From Octopus sinensis (Eukaryota): 34,752 nt of DNA. The translations under genes were made by a program, and so were the position numbers. The stretch lies in NCBI RefSeq assembly GCF_006345805.1, contig NW_021831692.1, positions 1 through 34,752 of the forward strand. The letters are read 5' to 3'. This document shows positions 12,638 through 24,167 of this stretch, piece after piece. Within the stretch, counting starts at the first letter, position 1; each line of letters opens with the position of its first letter. Below the pieces are notes generated by a model. It was not told the DNA's origin. It made no database searches and saw only the letters and a program-made list of their open reading frames with translations.

Positions 12638-12690
12638 TATATAATATATATATATATATAATATAATATATATACAATATCCAAATATAA
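12343..12690. repeat. ~55-bp minisatellite ((TA)n + taatattataatatttggatat) with inverted terminal unit
   Basis: tttggat ends near 12362, 12417, 12472, 12524 and 12595; inverted atatccaaatat at 12677-12688. Confidence 0.85.
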
Positions 12691-12980
12691 CAAGATAAAG
12701 GAAGTTCTTTAACACATCTTTACAATTGTTACAGTTGTTTCCGTACCAACTCTGCTCGCAATGCCAGTTTGCGCTAAAATTCGAAACGAAAATTTACGGA
12801 CCGCTCGCGGTTTTACACATTAGAGTGGAAATTCATCGGATTTACATCAAAAGTGCACTGTGATACAGTACGACTTCCAGACATCGTTTTTCTTTACTCA
12901 TATCGACAGGAAACAAAAAATAAATAAAACTGCGTTTTAAAGATGAGTAATTATCATAAAGATCATGTGGGAAGCATAGA

Positions 12981-13270
12981 CAAGAAGAAAAGGAGGAAGA
13001 AGGAGAATAATAAGGAGGAGGAGGAGGAGAGAAAGAGAAGAAGAAGAAGTAGGATATAAAAAGAGGAAGAAGAAGGAGGAGGAAGAGAAAAAAGGAGGAA
13101 GTAGTAGTAGCAGCAGCAGCAGTAGCAGGAGTAGTAGAAGTAGAAGAAGAAGAAGAAGAAGAAGAAGAAGAAGAAGAAAGAGGAAGAGGAGGACGGAGGA
13201 GGAGAAAAGTGATTTGCTATATAGTTCCCTTCCTCATTTAGTAATGTTCCTATCTTCTTCTTCTTCTTCT

Positions 13271-13317
<47 letters not shown>

Positions 13318-13580
13318 TTCTTCTTCTTCTTCTACTTCTTCTTCTCCTTCTTCTTCTTCTTCTTCTTCTTCTTCTTCTTCTTTTTTCTTCCCCTTCTTCC
13401 TTCTTCTTCTTCTTGTACATCAGGCACATCCACATCCACATCTCCATCACCACCACCACCACCACCACCACCACCACCACTACCACCACCACCACCACCA
13501 CTATCACCACCACCACCACCACCACCATCATAATCATCATCATCATCATCATCATCGTCACAGTCGTCGTCATCGTCTTC
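12981..13580. repeat. (GAA/GGA)n, then (TTC)n, then (CAC)n(CAT)n arrays
   Basis: Seen directly. Confidence 0.95.
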
Positions 13581-13676
13581 CTATCATCACAGGCGCGCGC
13601 ACTCAGAATGCATGCACAAAATCTCCCAAACAAACACAAACACACAAACAAAAAACACACACACGCACACACAAAA

Positions 13677-14303
13677 CTTATACACACATTCACAAACACA
13701 CACACACACATAAACGCACGTAAACATAAAGAAGAGTTAATCATATACTCATATAAATACTGTCTCACACACGTTCATTCTCCCCTCTTTGACACACACT
13801 TATACACACATTCACAAACACACACACACACACATAAACGCACGTAAACATAAAGAAGAGTTAATCATATACTCATATAAATACTGTCTCACACACGTTC
13901 ATTCTCCCCTCTTTGACACCACTTATACCACATTCACAAACACACACACACCACACATAAACGCACGTAAACATAAAGAAGAATTAATCATATACTCATA
14001 TAAATATGTCTCACACACGTTCATTCTCCCCTCTTTGACACACACTTATACACACATTCACAAACCAACACACACACACATAAACGCACGTAAATAAAGA
14101 AGAATTAATCATATACTCATATAAATACTGTCTCACACACGTTCATTCTCCCCTCTTTGACACACACTTATACACACATTCACAAACACACACACACACA
14201 TAAACGCACGTAAACATAAAGAAGAGTTAATCATATACTCATATAAATACTGTCTCACACACGTTCATTCTCCCCTCTTTGACACACACTTATACACACA
14301 TTC
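13677..14303 (+). repeat. 122-bp tandem repeat, 5 units plus a partial unit
   Basis: cttata starts at 13677, 13799, 13922, 14045, 14167 and 14289; the unit contains taaacgcacgtaaacataaagaagagttaatcatatactc. Confidence 0.95.
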
Positions 14304-14531
14304 CACATTCGTAAATTTCATCCTCATTGATAAAATATACGACGAAACATACGACGTTTACAACAATAACCTGTCATAGAATTACAAGAAGTTCTCAAAA
14401 ATAGAAACGAATAATGAAATTACGAAATGAATCTCAAGATCTCACCTACTTCACTGCAGTGTCAAACTGTTTGAAAATGGGAGAGTTTCAAATTAGAATG
14501 TAATGGCACCAAACATAATAGTACAATTTAC

Positions 14532-14567
14532 CTGACACGTACAGGTACTTTTGTGTAAACAATCTTG
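14532..14567 (-). CDS. Weak candidate symmetric micro-exon (36 nt)
   Basis: Minus strand tttcctttatttcctttaatcttgaag|CAAGATTG…GTGTCAG|gtaaat; all three frames open (phase 0: QDCLHKSTCTCQ). No homology recognised. Confidence 0.15.
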
Positions 14568-14629
14568 CTTCAAGATTAAAGGAAATAAAGGAAATTGCAT
14601 ATAAATTATATCGTATATAGTAAAACGGC

Positions 14630-14640
14630 AGTATATATAT

Positions 14641-14673
<33 letters not shown>

Positions 14674-14695
14674 GTGTGTGTGTGTCTGTGTGTGT

Positions 14696-14728
<33 letters not shown>

Positions 14729-14786
14729 ATATACATATGTATACATAATAATATAATATATATATAGTATATATATACATACATAC

Positions 14787-14839
<53 letters not shown>

Positions 14840-15013
14840 TATATATATGTAAATACACGCACGCATACACACACACACATATTGTATGTATATACTACTG
14901 TGGCAATAACTTTTAATCCTATAGACAAAATTGTTTCATTACAACATGGGAAATATATTTTATGAATATAACATGAATATTAATATTTAAAATAATGTAT
15001 TGATACATACATA

Positions 15014-15055
<42 letters not shown>

Positions 15056-15105
15056 CATACATACATACATACATAGATACATACATACATATGTATGTAT
15101 GTATA
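14630..15105. repeat. Compound (TA)/(TG)/(CA)/(TACA) microsatellites
   Basis: Seen directly. Confidence 0.9.
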
Positions 15106-15699
15106 TTTAAATGTTTCTTGCGAAACGTATAGACCGCATAGAAGTGCGCAAGTCGAGCCTGAGACTTTACACAGGTATACTAAATGAAATGGAAGAAATT
15201 CAAGTTAGGCTAACTACAATGAACACATACTTGTACGGATTTAATTAACATAAAATTGCCCAAAATAAAGAATATATTAATATATTAATAAATACAAAAA
15301 ATATAGGAATATTAGGAATATATATGGACATATAAATATATAAATATGAATGTATAAACATAGAAATAACATAATGAAGTATAGGAATATATAACTGAAA
15401 ATATAGTGAAGAGATAGTAATAGGCATCAAAATAAGGTTTTGGGTTAGATATTTAAAAAAAACATTCCTACGGCCGTTTCTGGTGTTCATTTGTCTGGGT
15501 AAAAAAATGAATCTTAAAATTTATTTTCAGAGAATGTCTCCTTCATCAAGGAAGAAGTGTTATTCATGGTAGATATGTATTCAGCGCATTATCAAAGTAT
15601 AAGATAATTGCTAGCTTTTATAGAAGGGATATTACTATGCAAATGATGAAAGTCTTTATGTTGGCTGATGGGGGTAAAATTACGTTACTGAATATATTG

Positions 15700-15757
15700 T
15701 TTTCTACTCTAGGCGAAAGGCCTGAAAATTTTGGGTAGGGAAGCAGTCGATTGGATC
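15700..15757 (-). mobile_element. SINE family B, 3' fragment
   Basis: ttttctactctaggcgaaaggcctgaaaattttggg…gtcgatt resembles the B tails at 29955 and 32190. Confidence 0.65.
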
Positions 15758-15997
15758 TTTCTCTCATTCTTTCTTCCTGGTTCTCTTGTACTTGTATTTC
15801 TTCTTGTTTCTGCTGTACTTGCATTTCAAAGGGGCCAGCCTTGTCACACTCTGTGTCATGCTGAATCTCCCCGAGAACGAAGTTACGGGTAGACGTGTCT
15901 GTAGAATGCTCAGCCACTTGCACTTTAGTTTCACGTGCAGGCTGTTCCGTTGATCGCATTAACTGGAACCCTCGTCGTCCTAAGCAACGGAGTGCCA
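15757..15997 (+). mobile_element. Chimeric SINE fragment: family D pyrimidine body + family C tail
   Basis: ctttctctcattctttcttcctg matches family D (30457-30480). From ~15825 it matches the reverse complement of 373-545. Confidence 0.75.
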
Positions 15998-16887
15998 CGA
16001 CAACTCCAGCTCTCGAATTTACTGTTCTTGTGCCAAAATTAGACTGGATTATTGTTGCTGTTTATTTCGGGCTATTCCAGTTTGAGCAAGCGTACTGACA
16101 GACGCATGATCAAAGACGTTACAGCGTAAAATATTTATCGTTTAGTTTTTAGTTTTTGCCTTTTATCCAACAATTTCTTCATGCCATTTCTACTTTCATT
16201 ATCCAAAGAATTCTACCATTTTTTAAAACAGTAAAGTTGTTATTTATATCAGATATTACTGTTGTTGTTGCTGGTGTTTCTTTTCTTTCTTCCAGCTGCA
16301 GTGACAAACTACAGAACGGCCTTCTCGCTGTCTTGTCTACAGAATTAGTATTATGATGATAATATTCCAACGCGATTTGTTTTTCTGTATGTAATTCTAG
16401 TGCTAAAAATTTATTGATTTCATGTTATCTATATATGACTATTCTACATCTCTCATAGTTATAGCGAGATTTTTATCGAAACCAGTTGAATCATAACAAG
16501 TTTTGTAAAAATAATAAGTATATCAGCGCATCGAGGAGGTTGTATTTTTTCAACTGCTACAATTAGCTAGATTGCTTTGGCTGGTAAATATTTACAAGAT
16601 TTTGTTGAAATGGAATTTATTTTGTTTCTTTTTCTTTTTTATTTATTATATATTAGTAAACAACAGTGTCCTCTGCGGTTATAGTTTCCAAACGGACCAA
16701 TGAGCGGAATTAAAGGGAGAAGCAAGAAAATTGGGGCGAAATAAATACTACCATGTAGATGGGATCTTTGAAGCAGAGACCAATTGGTTTTCTTTGACGA
16801 TATAATAACCACCGATATACACACATAGACACACAGACTCCCGCGCGAACACACACATATATAAATGTATATATATATATATATATC

Positions 16888-17042
16888 GGTGTAACTGTGT
16901 GGTAAGAAGCTTGCTTCCCAATCACAAGGTTCTGGGTTCAGTCCCACTGCGTATCACCTTTAACAAATATCTTCTACTATAGCCGTGGGGCCGACCAAAG
17001 TCTTGTGATCCGGTTGGCAGAAACAGTAAGAAACCTGTCGTA

Positions 17043-17100
<58 letters not shown>

Positions 17101-17104
17101 ATGC

Positions 17105-17135
<31 letters not shown>

Positions 17136-17370
17136 ATATACGAGTGTGTGTATGTATGTATATGTGTGTGTATTTGTCCGCCACCATGGCATGATAACAC
17201 ATGTAGGTGTGATTATGTCCCCGTAACTTAGCGGTTCGCTAAAGGGCAATTAAAATAAGCACTAGGCTTTATAATAAATGCCCTGGGCTCGATTTGTTCA
17301 ACTAAACCCTTCAAGGGAGGGGGCTCCATCACAGCTGCAGTCAAATGACTGAAACAAGTAAAAGATATAA
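16888..17370 (+). mobile_element. SINE family A (full length, older/diverged)
   Basis: Head, internal microsatellite and tail are all colinear with 3567-3978. Confidence 0.85.
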
Positions 17371-17379
17371 TATATATAT

Positions 17380-17419
<40 letters not shown>

Positions 17420-17776
17420 CTACATGCAACCTCTCACACTCTGACACATATACACACGTCCACAAACACACACACATAAATACACGGAACACGGAACACA
17501 CATACTCACTCCCATACCTATACACACGGTCATAATCTTAAGCTCTCAAACACATACATTCGCACATGCTCTTCCCCATTCACACATACACACTCACACA
17601 CCCACACTCCATTCTTACATACACATACGCGTTTCCTGCGCACCTCAGTTCAACTGGGCCACTGTCATGTCCCCTGCACTCCGTCTCTTTCTTCTTCTCA
17701 TTTAATCATGTTAAACCGTCAACCTCGGCACATTTTTTTCTCTCTCCGTTTTTCTACACTATTTTCTCTCCCATCA

Positions 17777-17897
17777 CTTTTTGTCAAAGAGCGTAGGCTT
17801 GAAACGTCAAAGACATCTGCATTCTTCCCGAGCGTCAAACTAACACACTTGCCTGTCGTTACCTCAAAAGTCCTCGCCTTTTGTCTTAGCTTGTAAC
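17777..17897 (+). mobile_element. Probable Penelope-like remnant with hammerhead-like motif (17777-17814)
   Basis: cttt|ttgtcaa|a|gagc gtag gctt|gaaa|cg|tc|aaag: stems I and II pair, GUC cleavage triplet, degenerate core. Confidence 0.55.
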
Positions 17898-17919
17898 AAT
17901 ATAGACAACATGGTTAATA

Positions 17920-18201
17920 TTAATGGAGCCAATAAACACCGATGAAACACCAAGTATCCCACATGCAACCATTATAGGCTGATGGCAAAGCAGCTAATGA
18001 TACAATCAAAGCCAGTAGCGTTGATATAAATATAAGTAATAATACCAATTATAATAACTCGAATAATGGTGACATAACACTTGGTAACACTTCTACGAAT
18101 TTGAGCAGTATCCCGAATGATGATGCTATAAATACTACAACAGGATAAGTAATGCTAATAATAATTGCAGTTGCAATTGTAGGGAAAAATCTCAATGCCC
18201 A
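17920..18201 (-). pseudogene. Possible decayed membrane-protein-like reading frame (unassigned)
   Basis: WALRFFPTIATAIIISITYPVVVFIASSFGILLKFVEVLPSVMSPLFELL*LVLLLIFISTLLALIVSLAALPSAYNGCMWDTWCFIGVYWLH*; one internal TAA at 18049-18051. Could instead be drifted (AAT)n sequence. Confidence 0.2.
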
Positions 18202-19644
18202 TTATTAGGTCAGTGTTTGGCAGGTAATATTATATATAAATGTATATTAATCACAAAAACTAATAACTTTATTCACGTCGGGTGCTCTGTAAACATGATA
18301 AAAACGCTTGAATAACCATTATTTGTCCTTTAGACTTAGGCATAAAGCCAGCAGTGCCTCATAATCTACGAAAATCTGGGAACTCAATGATAATAATATC
18401 AAATTCAGTCTAATATAATGCGTAGAGCTCAGCGATACACAAATAGCCGGTATGGATGTGTACTATGTTGTATGGAAATGTATGAAATATTCCAATATAG
18501 AGATAAACAAAACCTAATCAATAATAAATTTGATCTTAGAGTGTCATGTGTCCATAGGCTTACCCGTACCTTTAAATGCTTTATAAGCAGCTAATGATAA
18601 GTATATCACACTGTTCTTTGATATCATGGGTTATCCGAGGTGTCATATCATGTATCTCCTATCCTCTATTATCTCGAAACCTATTCAATAATGCTTTCTA
18701 ATAACCCTTAATCCCTTTGATCTATAGCCTTTCAATAATTATATTATATATATGGTAATAATTATATTATATATATGACACCAGTCGTTGAAGTTTGTAA
18801 TTCCAGCCACCGAGGTCAAAGAACTCCGAGAACATGCGGAAGAGTAGATGAAAATCGTCACTTCCCCGTTGTTTCAAGTAGCTTCACCTGCAACAAATAC
18901 CATTGCTGCTCCAGATAAAGAGCAAGCTTTGTAACCCACATGTCAGCCTTCCAGAAATGAATACTGAACAGGGATAGTCAACGTCCATCTATGACGGACA
19001 GCCGAAGAAATGATATACAGTCATAACTGTATAGCGGAAGGCATTTTTGGTTTTGGCCGACACTCTAACTTTTCTACCAATGTACCAAGGAGTGTCGTTA
19101 AAATAATAAATAAATTCGTACAGCACGTCGGGCGATTTTTTCTTATCCCCTCAACTAACTAGACCAGTTCAACTGGTAAATATTTACAAGATATTGTCAT
19201 AAATTACTTGTTTACTAGATTAATACGGCTTCCATTTCGTTTAGATGTCTCCACATCTATTGGCATAAAACCAGAAGAATATAAAATAATTTTCGTTCTC
19301 AGTTTCTCATTTTGTTTTTAAGTTTAAGAGGACAATTTCTTATCGATCTGTTTAATTTGAAGCAAAACAAAAAGGTTATATCCGCCATGATTTTCTTATT
19401 TATTTAATATGGCGTATTTTTGTCCACCCTTGTTCCCAAGTTCTAGTAACAAAGCATTATGGTATTAGTGTTGGTGTTGCTGTTGTTTTTCTTGAACATT
19501 GGTCAACCGAGATCGAATAGACTTAGGGACAAACGGAGTCCAGTTGTGAACCCCACTATCATCGTCGTTCTTTTTGTCTTTTTTAATCTTTTTTTGTCAC
19601 AAGCTTAGCTATGTGAAAACAATGGAAAGAAGATGTAATATATT

Positions 19645-19720
19645 TGTTACGCACGAGTTCAAATCATGCCGAGATCAAATTTGCCTTCTGGCCATCCAGG
19701 GTCGATAAAGTAAAGTACCA
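19645..19720 (+). mobile_element. SINE family B, core fragment
   Basis: gagttcaaatcatgccgagatcaaatttgccttctggccatccagggtcgataaagtaaagtacc resembles the B core. Confidence 0.55.
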
Positions 19721-19984
19721 AACAAGTACTGTACCCATGCGAGACAATGTATTCGTTTCGCATGAGTTCGAATTCCACCGGAGTCAGCTTTAAATCGTCC
19801 TTGTATAGTAGGTGGTTAACCATTCCGACTCCATTTCCCAAATCACAATATCCCCCAACAACTCTCAAAACCATCGAAAGAGCTATTAATATCAACACAA
19901 AAAAAAGAGTAGTGAAAGGTGGATATTTTCCCGAAAAATTACTCTTTCGATATTCCTTATACCTACGGATGTAAACTCCCTTTT

Positions 19985-20720
19985 GGAGGATGTCAATACT
20001 TTTTAACAATCTTCATACATCATCTACCACTCCGAATACCTCCAAGCATTTCTCTATCCAGCTGTGAAGCATCGTATCATGGATCCTTTTGTAATCTATC
20101 CACGCCAATCCTAGCCTCATTAACCTCATTTGCAGTTCAAGCCGAAGCTTGTCTATTAACACCTTGATCTTTTGTTCGCCTTTACCTGCGTTTACAACCC
20201 TTCAGCTCATCTGGTAATAACCTTTCATTACCCCCAAAATCTTTATAGTTCCTCAGTTATTACTCCTGTCAGCAATTTCCAAATGGTTGCTGAACCTGAT
20301 ATAGGTCGACAGCTTGACACTTCGTTACCCTTTGACATGTCATCCAAAGCCGATGCTGCCTTTCCATGTCTCATCCACAGTGGAGCACCACCACCCATTT
20401 AAGAATCCTTAGAATTGCTTTGCAATTCTCTAATAGCATGTCGTAAATACTTTAAGCCAATATCCCTGCAATCCAACAGGACATGGCGACTTCCAATTAT
20501 TCATTTTTCTGGCTTGTTTTTTTTCTCCAATGCTGTCTCTAAAATATTCTAATGTTTCCTTTTTCTGTTTTTGACTCTCGTTTCATCTTCAGCTTCATCC
20601 TTTCAATTAGCTTCATCATTATGCACAACTGGTCCATCCCAGATCTCACTCCAAAACAGTAAACACTCTTTCCATTTCGGTATCGCACCATTGTCTTCAA
20701 TCTCTTTTTCAAGTCATTCG
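19985..20720 (-). mobile_element. Decayed non-LTR retrotransposon RT fragment, R4/Dong-like (RLE clade)
   Basis: Manual translation across stops and frameshifts gives FWSEIWDGPVVHN; KMNNWKSPCPVGLQGYWLK; RPISGSATIWKLLTGVI; LLPDELKGCKRR*RRTKDQ; LIDK…AWIDYKRIHDTMLHSWIEKCLEVFGV. These are RT pre-domain to domain 3 motifs typical of R4/Dong/NeSL-type elements. Confidence 0.85.
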
Positions 20721-20724
20721 GGCA

Positions 20725-20726
<2 letters not shown>

Positions 20727-20762
<36 letters not shown>

Positions 20763-20996
20763 GTTATTGTTATTGTTATTGTTGTTGTTGTTGTTCTTGT
20801 TGCTCTTGTTATAATAATAATTATTGTTATTATTGTTATTAATATTATTGCTGTTGTTGTTGTTGTTCTTATTATTATTGTCATTATCATCATCGACATC
20901 AGCAGCATCGTCCTCCTCTTCCTCCTCATCATAATTATAATCATTACTACTATAAATATTGCTGTTGTTATTATTATTATATTATTATTATTATTA

Positions 20997-21034
<38 letters not shown>

Positions 21035-21139
21035 GTTATTATTATTATTATATTATTATTATTGTTATTATTATTATTATTTATTATTATTATTATTTTA
21101 TTATTATTATTATTATTATTATCATTATTGTTATTATTA
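20727..21139. repeat. (ATT)n/(GTT)n compound microsatellite
   Basis: Seen directly. Confidence 0.95.
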
Positions 21140-21428
21140 GTGGTTAGGGCAGCGGACTCGCGGTCGTAGGAATGTGGTTCCGAATCCCAGACCAGATATT
21201 GTGAGTGTTTATAGAGCGAAAATACCTAAAAAGCTCCACGATGTTCCGGCAGGGGGTGGTGATCACTGCTGTACTCTTTCACCACTCTTTCTCCCACTCT
21301 TTCTTCTGTTGGCCTGCTCGCTTAGCCAGCGGGGTAGCGTCATTCGAAGGCTAAAACAATGCGAACGCATTGTGACCAGCGATGTGTAACAACATCTGAT
21401 GGTCTGGTCGGTCACGTGATCACGTGAT
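21140..21428 (+). mobile_element. tRNA-headed SINE, family D body with tail X (5'-clipped)
   Basis: gtggttagggcagcggactcgcggtc…gagcgaaaa…ggcagggg…gtactctttc is homologous to 30309-30480. It has a distinct tail ending gtcacgtgatcacgtgat and is flanked by ATT repeats on both sides. Confidence 0.8.
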
Positions 21429-21810
<382 letters not shown>

Positions 21811-22124
21811 GGTTGGACAAGGCTTTTATACATGTCGTCTTGGAAGAGGATTAATCTCTAATATGTCTTGAGTGACTTGGCTCGGCTTTCAGACGTTAAC
21901 TAGATTAGCCTAATCTGACCACTTGCTTCATCCGACATCTAAATACCGCTCGTAGTTTTACAAGTGACATGCTTATCAAGTCAGCAAATAATATTTCGGA
22001 AGTTTAAAGAGTCTGCGTTTCTAGATTTTATATTTCATCTTCAATTAAAATGAGATAAAAACGGAATTTGAGTAGTTCTCATCTAGTTACAAACAAACAA
22101 AAAAACAAAATGACAATGATAATA

Positions 22125-22285
22125 ATTATTATTATTATCTTTACGTTCTAAGTTCAAATGCCGTCTTGGTACAATTTGCTTTTAATCCAATCGTGGGTTG
22201 ACGAAATGAGTACCAGATGAACAGTGGGCGCGGATATAATCGACTTGTCTCTCCCCTGAAATTATTGGTCTTCTGTCAAACATTT

Positions 22286-22347
<62 letters not shown>

Positions 22348-22348
22348 G
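22125..22348 (+). mobile_element. SINE family B (degraded) ending in an (ATT)n tail
   Basis: gttcaaatgccg…gggttgacgaaatgagtaccag…gatataatcgactt…cctgaaatt, followed by (ATT)n at ~22285-22348. Confidence 0.65.
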
Positions 22349-22630
22349 AGTGAGACAGTAGTGCATACCATCAGAGTGGCATTGGGGTACAAATATACGA
22401 AACCCAGTATACCCATAATGACTACCAGTTTGATAAGAGCACACCAGACAACTAAATCACAACCATATATGCGCTATATGGTGATCTTTTATCGAGATTA
22501 ACAGAGAATGATCTTGCAGGTGGGACCCAGTTAGAATGTTCTTCAGGTCGAGTAGCCCACCCGGCACAAAAGTTCCCTGAATAAGGGTTGTTTAAGGACG
22601 TTGAATGAAACACACATATCTCCAGAGGTA
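22349..22630 (-). mobile_element. Putative retroposon 3' end with (AAT)n tail
   Basis: The minus strand ends …gcactactgtctcactc directly into (AAT)n. Recalled as a common octopus repeat; there is no second copy in the window to confirm. Confidence 0.4.
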
Positions 22631-22965
22631 AATAATATATATATGCGAAACAAACTTAAAGAATTTGGAAACTGTCACATCAAGTGTTTTTTCTCTTAAT
22701 TCAAAGTTGGTCATACAGCATGTTCATTGGGTTGCAATGACTCACGTGTGTTTCTGCTGCGAAGACTATGTGCATGCACATATATTTCACCATGATCCTC
22801 CATGCACCTCACTTTAAGGCCCTTAAGGAAGCGTGGTTGAAAGCGAACTGAGTTAATTTATTCGTGCTGGGTTTTAGGACACAAAATGAGGAAGAGCGGT
22901 ACCCGCCATGTTGGGCCACTGAACTCAACAGTTTTTTTTCATTATCTATCTATTTAATTCCTCTT

Positions 22966-23063
22966 ATTTCTGTCGAAGAACGAAGGCTCGAAACGTAGAC
23001 GACTTTTCCACTCTTCCCAAGCGTCAAACTAATGCACTCGCTTGTTGTTTCTCTATAAATCTG
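22966..23063 (+). mobile_element. Probable Penelope-like remnant with hammerhead-like motif (22966-23003)
   Basis: ttt|ctgtcga|a|gaacgaaggctc|gaaa|cg|ta, followed by cttcccaagcgtcaaactaa shared with the 17777 copy. Confidence 0.55.
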
Positions 23064-23914
23064 AAGTATATATATATATATGTATACATACATGCTTACA
23101 TGTATATATATATACATATATATATATATACACACAAGCTCAGAATGTGCCGACATATATTTGAATGTAGCTCTATGTATCTTTATGAATAATTAAATAT
23201 TTTTGTTGCTATTTTCACACACTTATGTATGTTCAGATTTATCTTGGAAACTGTTATACAAACCATAATTTCAGCTGGTGTTGTCGTTATTCATGTTAAT
23301 CTTGCTATCTTTCTGATATAATTATTGCAGTTTAGGGCGTGGAATATATTTTTCAGTTGATTTACACAAACACCACTTGCATACGCTCTGCGTTTTCACG
23401 CACCCCCGTTCTTACGCGATATTGTTCTTCAACTAAACATGTTTAAGCGACAGAAAGTCTCGGTTGCTAACGTAATTATACGAAGCGAATAAACTAATAG
23501 CAAAAGTTGCTATCAATATTATCATTCTCTGATATTCATTCGATCATTCCGTGTTAATTCTGGACTTTCTAGTTTGATGTCTGAAAAACTTATTTTGTAA
23601 TAAAGTGAAAAGTTAAATAATTAAATTAGGATTTTCAATGAACAAAAACGAAACGGCACAAAATTAAATATAAAAAATCAATTAAACATTAGCAAAATTA
23701 TCGAGACTAAAAATGTAATAAAATATATTCTCGTATATTTCGTTTATTTGTTTTGATATTTTTACATAAGTCAAATAACACATAACACATAACACATACG
23801 GAAATACATATGTGCGTACACACAAGTGCCTGCATGTATATATGCTTGTATGTGTATGTATGTAAGAGATGCATGTGTGTATGTATATTTACATACAGAT
23901 ATGTTACTACCGTG

Positions 23915-23945
<31 letters not shown>

Positions 23946-24121
23946 GTGTGTGTATGTGTGTATAATGTATTGTATGTAAACGGTGCTTAAATAATGTATC
24001 ACAGATTTAGTTTACATGCACACAGAATATACTGATTTGCTAACAGACTCAGACATACACACATATATATTTACATATATATATATTATATATACATATA
24101 TATATGTATGTATGTATATAT

Positions 24122-24165
<44 letters not shown>

Positions 24166-24167
<2 letters not shown>

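Larger units (their letters stand above)
12003..12814 (+). repeat. 68-bp direct repeat pair (12003-12070 and 12747-12814)
   Basis: caactctgctcgcaatRccagtttgcgctaaaattcgaaacgaaaatttacggaYcgctcgcggtttt; 2 mismatches in 68. Confidence 0.95.

Noticed and set aside
13677-14303. CRISPR-like array
   Set aside because: Units are near identical with no unique spacers, the context is eukaryotic and there are no cas genes.
17898-18740. Mitochondrial insertion (NUMT)
   Set aside because: TAA/TAG stops persist under the invertebrate mitochondrial code, and I recognise no mitochondrial protein motif.
22903-22912. YY1-like AACATGGCGG start or promoter on the minus strand
   Set aside because: The ORF stops after 11 codons, the donor is weak and there is no supporting promoter context.
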